Shown here in pieces: positions 18,182-23,868 of a stretch of 32,000 nucleotides of DNA. The stretch lies in the NCBI GenBank assembly GCA_041661045.1, contig JBAZVE010000001.1, positions 390,001-422,000 of the forward strand, in the 5' to 3' direction. The translations under genes and the position numbers were made by a program. Numbering within the stretch: the first letter of the stretch is position 1; every line of letters starts with the position of its first letter. A model generated the notes under the pieces. It was not told the DNA's origin and did not search any database. It saw nothing but the letters and a program-made list of their open reading frames with translations. This DNA comes from Candidatus Saccharimonadota bacterium (GTDB taxonomy: Bacteria > Patescibacteriota > Gracilibacteria > UBA1369 > 2-02-FULL-48-14).

Positions 18182-18397
18182 ATGAATAGCCTCCACTCTA
18201 AGGAGTACCGTGACCTCATAGATAAACTCACCAAAGCTCGCAGAGATGCAGGTTTTACGCAGGTTCAAGTTGCAGACCTTTTAGGGAAACCACAGTCTTT
18301 CGTTTCCAAGGTTGAAACTTTCCAGAGACGGATTGATGTGCTTGAATTAAAGAAGTTGGCTAAGGTTTATAAAAAGAACCCCAACGACTTTCTCTAA
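18182..18397 (+). CDS. XRE-family helix-turn-helix transcriptional regulator
   Basis: FTQVQVADLLGKPQSFVSKVETFQRRIDVLELKKLAKVY is a canonical HTH_3 segment. ATG 18182 preferred over TTG 18146. Divergent from the Zn-ribbon gene. Confidence 0.8.
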   Translation: MNSLHSKEYRDLIDKLTKARRDAGFTQVQVADLLGKPQSFVSKVETFQRRIDVLELKKLAKVYKKNPNDFL

Positions 18398-18405
18398 AAA
18401 TTCTC

Positions 18406-19038
18406 ATGGCAAATCTCTTTGTTCTGGCGTTGCTACTATCTCTCGTCGCTCTACCAGTGGGTTTAATCAAGCCAGCGGTTTTTCAGAAGATCGTCAAAAA
18501 ACTGATGGGCAAGGATGCGACTCGCAAAAATGTCCTTGGTAGTCTGGCATCCCTTGCTTTGGTGAGCTTCATTGGTATTGGCGTGACTGCTCCAACTCCT
18601 GTTCCAGAAAGTGATGTGGAAGTTACTTCAACCGAAGAAGTTCAAGCGATTGAAATGGAGAAGCCGACTTTGGAAGAAACTGTTGAGAGTGAAGCTATAA
18701 CAAGTGTCAGTTCCGAATCAAAGGTCGAAGAACAGGTTCAAACTACACAGCCAGCGGTGAGTGAATCAGCTACGATAGTCCAACCAGAAACCACAACAAC
18801 GACCCAATCTTCCAGTGAAGAAACTTATACTGTGGAGGAGGTGCAAGAGCCTATTTATGAAGAACCCGAACCCACTTCTTGGTACACTTGCAGTTCAAAT
18901 ACTTATAATTGTTCCAGTTTTTCTACTCACGCCGAAGCCCAGTCTGTTTATGATGGGTGCTTAGCCCAAGTGGGCTATGATGTGCATGGATTGGAGGGAA
19001 ATGATAACGATGGATTGGCGTGTGAAAGTTTACCCTGA
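18406..19038 (+). CDS. membrane-anchored Excalibur calcium-binding-domain protein
   Basis: N-terminal TM, E/T/S-rich linker, C-terminal CSSFSTHAEAQSVYDGC...HGLEGNDNDGLACESL (Excalibur DxDxDGxxCE motif). Confidence 0.75.
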   Translation: MANLFVLALLLSLVALPVGLIKPAVFQKIVKKLMGKDATRKNVLGSLASLALVSFIGIGVTAPTPVPESDVEVTSTEEVQAIEMEKPTLEETVESEAITSVSSESKVEEQVQTTQPAVSESATIVQPETTTTTQSSSEETYTVEEVQEPIYEEPEPTSWYTCSSNTYNCSSFSTHAEAQSVYDGCLAQVGYDVHGLEGNDNDGLACESLP

Positions 19039-19043
19039 AAACA

Positions 19044-19814
19044 ATGGAGCTTGAGTTATGTCCATGCTCGTCAGGCTTGCCCTATAAAGATTGCTGTTTT
19101 TTGAAGTTTGATGCAAATGGGAATCGTTTATTTGACACTGGCCATAGGCGTGGCGATGCCGACGGCAACTGGTATCCGATGCCAAATATCCAGATTGCGA
19201 TGACCCTTGGGGTTAAAGTTAATGATAAGTTTCGTGAGCACGCAGAGTCGATTGTTAAAAGGTCTAAACTGCCACAAGAGAGGTACACAGATTTTGTTAA
19301 TGCGTTTGCCCTCTTTCTTGCTTCATACAGTGGGTTTATCCAAGAAGTCTCAAAGCCTCATGGTACAGGTGCATCTTTTAGTGTCGACTCGATAGAAGGC
19401 AGAGAAACTTGGAGAAAGTTTCTTGTTAATGGAAGAATCCTTATCGATTTCATTGGTAGGCATACATGTGCCGCATTGAACCTTAAACAACCGCTTGGAA
19501 AAACTTTCAATCTAGACTCCATTGACTCTTTGATAAAGATTTTGGGAAACGAAGGAAGAAAACGCCCAGAATTGCTGCTCATCAAGGATAAACTGCTCCA
19601 AATCAGACCTTCTCTTAAAACCTTCATCGATTTAAGAAACCTCGAAAAGTTTTCTGGAGACACAATCGTGGAATTCCCCGCAGTTCACGAAAAGGGTATT
19701 ACAAAGGATGGCGTAGTGAGGACTCAAGAAGCAACATACCCAATGGTTCACACTGCTGAAAGTGCTTATAAAGCCATATGCCTGCTCGTAGATTTGCTAC
19801 TGGGCATTTCTTGA
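19044..19814 (+). CDS. SEC-C metal-binding-motif protein of unknown function
   Basis: N-terminal CPCSSGLPYKDCC (SEC-C motif); the rest is unrecognised. Its 3' end overlaps the convergent 183-aa gene by 18 nt. Confidence 0.6.
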   Translation: MELELCPCSSGLPYKDCCFLKFDANGNRLFDTGHRRGDADGNWYPMPNIQIAMTLGVKVNDKFREHAESIVKRSKLPQERYTDFVNAFALFLASYSGFIQEVSKPHGTGASFSVDSIEGRETWRKFLVNGRILIDFIGRHTCAALNLKQPLGKTFNLDSIDSLIKILGNEGRKRPELLLIKDKLLQIRPSLKTFIDLRNLEKFSGDTIVEFPAVHEKGITKDGVVRTQEATYPMVHTAESAYKAICLLVDLLLGIS

Positions 19815-20348
19815 AAGATGTTCAATCCAATCAATCACGCTTCCGAAGGCTCCGCCTAGTTCTTCGGCAAAAGTTAAAAGGGTGAACAAAATATAGCAGG
19901 CAAGAAACAAGTAAGGGACGAAGCCTTCCAGATGAGAAAAAGGTAAGTATCTCCCAGCATTTCTCCCTTTTTCAAGAATGCTCCATTCAGTTCTATAGAG
20001 TGCTAGGGGAAGTTTTTCTTCCACTTGATGGAGCACTGTAAATTTGCCCGTGTTCATTTGTCGATAGGAAAGAATTGTCCTAGCCCATACGAAACAAATG
20101 AGAACGCCCAGAATCAAGACCAATAATTCAATGTTTGCTGAAAACTCCTCCTTAACAAAAAACCCCAACGCCGTCATCAAGAAGGTGTTTAACGAAAGAA
20201 AAAAGGTGTTAGCCCGTTCTCTCCTTTCACTGATTTTATCTATTCCCTCAACATAAATTCTATACTGCTCAAGAACGTGCTCTCGATACTGATGCCCGTA
20301 CTTCTTTTGGTCAGCAGAAAATAGTTTGATTTTATTCTTGTTCCTCAT
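19797..20348 (-). CDS. small multi-TM protein, putative membrane effector (SLATT-like by architecture)
   Basis: About 45-aa charged N-terminal helix (YREHVLEQYRIYVEGIDKISERRERAN), then hydrophobic segments NTFFLSLNTFLMTALGFFV, IELLVLILGVLICFVWARTIL and GFVPYLFLACYILFTLLTF. Start lies 3 nt after the TIR-like gene's stop. Confidence 0.6.
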   Translation of the reverse strand: MRNKNKIKLFSADQKKYGHQYREHVLEQYRIYVEGIDKISERRERANTFFLSLNTFLMTALGFFVKEEFSANIELLVLILGVLICFVWARTILSYRQMNTGKFTVLHQVEEKLPLALYRTEWSILEKGRNAGRYLPFSHLEGFVPYLFLACYILFTLLTFAEELGGAFGSVIDWIEHLSRNAQ

Positions 20349-20351
20349 GCT

Positions 20352-20729
20352 TTATCGATTGCCATTGAGTAAAAGCCCCACATTTTCCCAAGTCCAGCGA
20401 TATCTTTTAAGTCCTTCGATAGCAGGACAAGTTTTTTCCTTGTATCCAACGATACTTACAACTGGGACACCAGCCTCTCTTGCCATTTGGATTTCAGCTT
20501 TTACGCCAGAACAAGTGTGAGTTTTCTCTCCCAAGATCACGATTACTAAATCACACTTTTTGATCTTGATTAGACATTGTTCCTTCCAAGTTCTTTCATC
20601 CCAAGGTACTTTCACTGACCAGTCTTCTAGCTCAAAGGGTGTATCAGAGTTACGCCCATGTGCTACGAAAGCATCCCTTAAAAACTGGTCATTCTCGAAA
20701 TCAAAGCTAATAAATACTTTTTTCTTCAT
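20352..20729 (-). CDS. stand-alone TIR-like domain protein (DUF1863 / ThsB-like)
   Basis: KKVFISFDFENDQFLRDAF at the N-terminus, CDLVIVILGEKTHTCSGVKAEIQMAREAGVPVVSIV later. This pattern is typical of the MTH538/TIR-like family. Confidence 0.8.
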   Translation of the reverse strand: MKKKVFISFDFENDQFLRDAFVAHGRNSDTPFELEDWSVKVPWDERTWKEQCLIKIKKCDLVIVILGEKTHTCSGVKAEIQMAREAGVPVVSIVGYKEKTCPAIEGLKRYRWTWENVGLLLNGNR

Positions 20730-20809
20730 GCAACGAACGTTAGCACAAGTTATGATTCAACAAAAGAAGGACTCAACCAAGTATGTAGGTTCGATGAACG
20801 TCGCCCTTA

Positions 20810-20977
20810 TTACTTTCTTCGTCCACTGAAACCGAGATTGACCACATTCCCATCTCTAGCAACGGCCTGATTGGGGCTTAAATTACTAGGAGTTGAAGAA
20901 GGTTTACTCGATGTTGGAGTTCCTTGTCCTTGGAGAGCTTGAGCTACATCTGTTAGTGCGTCTTTTCTTCCAACCAT
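20810..20977 (-). CDS. possible small ORF (55 aa, low-complexity)
   Basis: ATG..TAA ORF below the track's 60-aa cutoff, co-directional with and upstream of the TIR-like gene. Product MVGRKDALTDVAQALQGQGTPTSSKPSSTPSN... No RBS seen. Confidence 0.2.
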   Translation of the reverse strand: MVGRKDALTDVAQALQGQGTPTSSKPSSTPSNLSPNQAVARDGNVVNLGFSGRRK

Positions 20978-20995
20978 ATGAATTTTTAAGGATGG

Positions 20996-21169
20996 CTACA
21001 TCGTAACATCATTTAGTTTTCCAGTACACACGAGCAGGTCACCCCTCAAGAATTGCTCCATTTCGATGTTGAACTTATCGAGGCTTGCGTAGGTACGTTC
21101 AAGTAGTTCAAGATTTTGAAGTTCTACTTTAGTTCCTATCCCCCGACCATCTTGACTGGTACAGTACAT
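20996..21169 (-). CDS. possible small ORF (57 aa, helical)
   Basis: ATG..TAG ORF, product MYCTSQDGRGIGTKVELQNLELLERTYASLDKFNIEMEQFLRGDLLVCTGKLNDVTM. Only 31 nt from the divergent ATP-grasp start, which argues against it. Confidence 0.2.
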   Translation of the reverse strand: MYCTSQDGRGIGTKVELQNLELLERTYASLDKFNIEMEQFLRGDLLVCTGKLNDVTM

Positions 21170-21200
21170 TATTGTATTATGCCCGTCTTAAGCGAGGGCT

Positions 21201-22256
21201 ATGAAAATTTCAATACCCAGTGGTTTTGGTGAAAGAGATTTGGTCTCTCCATGGACAATGCTGTTGGGAGATGATCAAGATGTGACTTGGAACTCTACAA
21301 TGAGGTTTGCTGAACAGATGACTGCTGCCGAAAGGTGGCTGCGAAAAGTCCTTGAAGGGCTCAGTGATGTCCAAGTGATTGAAGGGGCCTGGGATAGTAG
21401 TGATGTATCCATAAGCTCTCCCTTTAAGCCAGATGACTTAGTAGACCAAACCATATTCGAAGGAACAACTATAAGGAAACCACGAACAGTTCCTTTACAT
21501 GAGTTTTTGCAACACCCTCGATATCCTGTTGTAGCAAAGGACACAAAAGCTAACGAAGGTCACTGGAAATTTCTCATCAAAGATGAGAGTGGTTTGGATA
21601 CATTTGTGAATTTTTTGAGAACCAAAGGGTTCCCTGTCAGTCAGTTTGTCTTTCAAGATTTTATTCAGCAAGACAGCCATCGTTCTTATGTTAGCTCTTA
21701 TAGAGTCCTTGTTGGTGCAACGGGTCAAATATTTGCCGCGGCTTTGATATGTAGAGATAAATCAAGCAAAGCCTCTGTTTTACCAGATGATCCTTTTTCT
21801 GAACTGACGCAGCCAGACTCAGATTGGTTTTTAGGGGGGCAGGAGTTTTGCTCGAATGTAGCACAAGGAGGCAGAATATTTCCTCTTGAGCCTGCTAGAC
21901 AACCTGATCGACCAGTGGATTGGGAAGAGGTTTTAAAAGACCATAGTATTGATACGCGTAGGCCAGTATTACCAGAGCAAATTGAAGAAGTTTCAAAGAG
22001 AGTTGGACGACTTGTAGCACCGCGAACTGACCTAGTTTTGGGAGTCGATTTCATGACCGATCAAAGTGGAAATCATTGGTACTTAGAAACGAACTCAGGC
22101 CCTGGACTGGCAACATATCTCTATGCTCATAAGCGTGGCTTTGCTCAGACCTTACATCTTGACCCTTTCAAAGCCATAACGGTTGAGGCCTTGTTTGCTT
22201 TGGGAGTAGATCTAAGGTCTCAATATCCATGGAGAAACAAACCTTACCAATTTTAA
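21201..22256 (+). CDS. ATP-grasp fold protein (RimK-like ligase family)
   Basis: VVAKDTKANEGHWKFLIKDESG..., FVFQDFIQQ, YRVLVGATGQIFAAALICR, SNVAQGGRIFPL and LGVDFMTDQSGNHWYLETNSGPGL follow the ATP-grasp order of motifs. Confidence 0.7.
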   Translation: MKISIPSGFGERDLVSPWTMLLGDDQDVTWNSTMRFAEQMTAAERWLRKVLEGLSDVQVIEGAWDSSDVSISSPFKPDDLVDQTIFEGTTIRKPRTVPLHEFLQHPRYPVVAKDTKANEGHWKFLIKDESGLDTFVNFLRTKGFPVSQFVFQDFIQQDSHRSYVSSYRVLVGATGQIFAAALICRDKSSKASVLPDDPFSELTQPDSDWFLGGQEFCSNVAQGGRIFPLEPARQPDRPVDWEEVLKDHSIDTRRPVLPEQIEEVSKRVGRLVAPRTDLVLGVDFMTDQSGNHWYLETNSGPGLATYLYAHKRGFAQTLHLDPFKAITVEALFALGVDLRSQYPWRNKPYQF

Positions 22257-22267
22257 AAGATACGGCG

Positions 22268-22816
22268 CTAGCAGATATAAAACAAAGCCGGAATCCCAAA
22301 TCCTAAGATGAGCTCAAGTGGTTTGTGTCTTTTTAGGAGTAGGCGTGAGTAAACGACGAGTGGAATCGTAAGAAAAATCAGCGGAGATAAGTTGAAATCT
22401 TGAACGAGCGCAAAACACAAAATTGTGATTAAAGCGACATGGATGCTCACTTTAATTTTAAAGTTAAAGAGAATGAGGAGTGTGGCTATTGCCAGTAATC
22501 GGCTAAAATCATAGAAAATTTCTTTTGTTGAGAACAAATACAGATAAATAATCGAGAGCATTAACCCAATTAGAGTAGCATAGTAGAGTGGGTATCTTTG
22601 AATGCGTTTACTGACATCAAAGTCCGATATCCTTTTCGTTTTGTATAGGTAAAGAAAGTATAAGAACGGCATTACAAACGATAGTCCCAGTACTGCCAAA
22701 AAGGATGATAATTGATCCCACTTAAAGTAAACAACTGTGAGCAAAGGAAATACAAAAACTGGATGTGCAATGAACGAGATTGCTTCGCAGATTTTGACTT
22801 TTAGAGCTTTTTTCAT
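22268..22816 (-). CDS. PAP2-superfamily-like polytopic membrane protein
   Basis: Five to six TM segments. KVSIHVA resembles PAP2 motif C2 (SGH). YSRLLLKRHKPLELILG fits C3 SR-x5-H-x3-(D/E). Motif C1 is weak. Very AT-rich. Confidence 0.5.
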   Translation of the reverse strand: MKKALKVKICEAISFIAHPVFVFPLLTVVYFKWDQLSSFLAVLGLSFVMPFLYFLYLYKTKRISDFDVSKRIQRYPLYYATLIGLMLSIIYLYLFSTKEIFYDFSRLLAIATLLILFNFKIKVSIHVALITILCFALVQDFNLSPLIFLTIPLVVYSRLLLKRHKPLELILGFGIPALFYIC

Positions 22817-22865
22817 ATTGATTACAGTTTAACTATTTTTACAGGAAATCAGCTCTGAATAAAAC

Positions 22866-22958
22866 CTACTCTTTGCCACTGAAGCTGAGCAGCATGCCGA
22901 TGACGCTTGCGAGGATACTGACGATCCCAAGAATGAATTGTAGAAGTTGATTAGACAT
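22866..22958 (-). CDS. possible 30-aa hydrophobic peptide
   Basis: Product MSNQLLQFILGIVSILASVIGMLLSFSGKE. Its ATG directly follows the terminator U-run and no RBS is seen. Confidence 0.2.
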   Translation of the reverse strand: MSNQLLQFILGIVSILASVIGMLLSFSGKE

Positions 22959-22995
22959 AAAAAAACGGTTACAGGATTTAAATCGGTGTAACCGT
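22959..22995 (-). terminator. rho-independent terminator (arm 2:arm 3 of an attenuator-like structure)
   Basis: On minus-strand RNA, ACGGUUACA (22995-22987) pairs with UGUAACCGU (22973-22965), followed by U6-7 (22964-22959). Confidence 0.6.
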
Positions 22996-23025
22996 CTTTA
23001 AGTATGTTAAACGACTGGTTACACC
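22985..23025 (-). promoter_or_regulatory. alternative (antiterminator) helix, arm 1:arm 2
   Basis: GGUGUAACC (23025-23017) is perfectly complementary to GGUUACACC (22993-22985). It shares 7 nt with the terminator's 5' arm, so the two helices are mutually exclusive. Confidence 0.5.
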
Positions 23026-23106
23026 CTATCTTGAGTAAAAGTGTGGCTTCCAGTGATAACTTTTTGAGGTTTCCTCTACCCGAATTGTTTGTTTGAAAAG
23101 GTTCAT
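23026..23106 (-). CDS. possible 26-aa leader peptide ORF
   Basis: Product MNLFKQTIRVEETSKSYHWKPHFYSR. Its TAG (23026-23028) directly abuts arm 1 of the antiterminator. Weak RBS. Confidence 0.3.
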   Translation of the reverse strand: MNLFKQTIRVEETSKSYHWKPHFYSR

Positions 23107-23127
23107 ACTTTTTCTAAAGTACCCTGC

Positions 23128-23156
23128 ATTATCCACTATTTGGGTCTTGGAGTCAA
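23128..23156 (-). promoter_or_regulatory. sigma70-like promoter candidate for the leader/PAP2 unit
   Basis: Minus strand: TTGACT (23156-23151), 17-nt spacer, GATAAT (23133-23128), about 22 nt upstream of leader ATG 23106. Confidence 0.5.
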
Positions 23157-23172
23157 ATTCTGCGGGGAGGCT

Positions 23173-23784
23173 TCACTCACACACGCCCCAGAGGCCTTTG
23201 TTGGCGTCCTGGGCTTCTTGTTCGAGGTTTTCGAAGTGGGTGCGGTCGGTCACGGGGTACTGCTCGGGGAAGGTGGCGTAGCCTTCACGCAAAAGGGCAT
23301 CGTTGAGGCGCAGGAAGCTGCCGTCTTCTTGGAGCACATCGATGTAGCGGAGTTTGCGGCCATAGGGATCTTCGTCTTCATTGGCGGGGTCGGCGGTGAG
23401 GCGGACGGCGCGGTTCTTTAAAAATTCGGTGGTGAAAAGAGCGGCTTCGTAACCGTAACATTCGGCGGTGGAATCGGGTCCATTGATTTCGTTGGTGTCC
23501 ACGGCCAGGAGGCGAACCTGGAAAAGTTCGCGGTTGGGGCCTGAGATCAGGAGGGTATCGCCGTCGAGTATGGCCACCACCCAGTAAAGAGACTCATCCG
23601 TGAGAGAAAGAAGGGCATCTTTTTGAGGATAGGTTTCTTCCTTATCCAGCTGTTCCTCAATCTCTAAAGCGTATTTCTCGGGCCAGGTCTGTTCTTGCAA
23701 GGTGTCCGCGGAGGCCACGGGGGTCTTTTGCAGGTTCAGTGCTCCGAGGATGGTGAGGATGAATTGTGCGAGACTGTCGAGCAT
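23173..23784 (-). CDS. secreted thermonuclease (staphylococcal nuclease/SNase homologue)
   Basis: N-terminal hydrophobic signal. ILDGDTLLI, VRLLAVDTNE, ECYGYEA, DPYGRKLRYI and ALLREGYA are classic SNase motifs. Confidence 0.85.
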   Translation of the reverse strand: MLDSLAQFILTILGALNLQKTPVASADTLQEQTWPEKYALEIEEQLDKEETYPQKDALLSLTDESLYWVVAILDGDTLLISGPNRELFQVRLLAVDTNEINGPDSTAECYGYEAALFTTEFLKNRAVRLTADPANEDEDPYGRKLRYIDVLQEDGSFLRLNDALLREGYATFPEQYPVTDRTHFENLEQEAQDANKGLWGVCE

Positions 23785-23868
23785 TTCTTGAGGTAAGAAG
23801 GATGTCGCTTACGCGACCTTATGGTTAGGCACTGAAGTGCCTGGAAGGAGGGTATATTGACATGAAAC

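Larger units (their letters stand above)
15438..23156. mobile_element. integrated genomic island / phage-satellite-like element at tRNA-Pro (right end unresolved)
   Basis: Recombinase gene abuts and overlaps the tRNA 3' half. Visibly AT-richer than both flanks. Phage-type genes present (terS, XRE). Candidate right ends are the 10-nt repeat of the tRNA 3' end at 21151-21160 or the composition shift near 23160. Confidence 0.55.

Noticed and set aside
20788-20797. 8-nt match (aggttcga) to the tRNA-Pro T-arm
   Set aside because: Similarity stops immediately after the 8-mer, which is expected by chance.
23067-23086. aggtttcctctacccgaatt as a decayed copy of the tRNA-Pro 3' end (possible attR at the composition shift)
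   Set aside because: The alignment to aggttcgagtcctgctaccccgaccatt needs four gaps. The segment also lies inside the candidate leader ORF of the attenuator unit. Most likely chance.
23827-23842. Hairpin/palindrome AGGCAC-TGAA-GTGCCT between the thermonuclease and the murD-fusion gene
   Set aside because: It is a real inverted repeat, but it has no T-run (so it is not a terminator), no second copy, and no clear relation to a promoter. There is not enough to assign a function.
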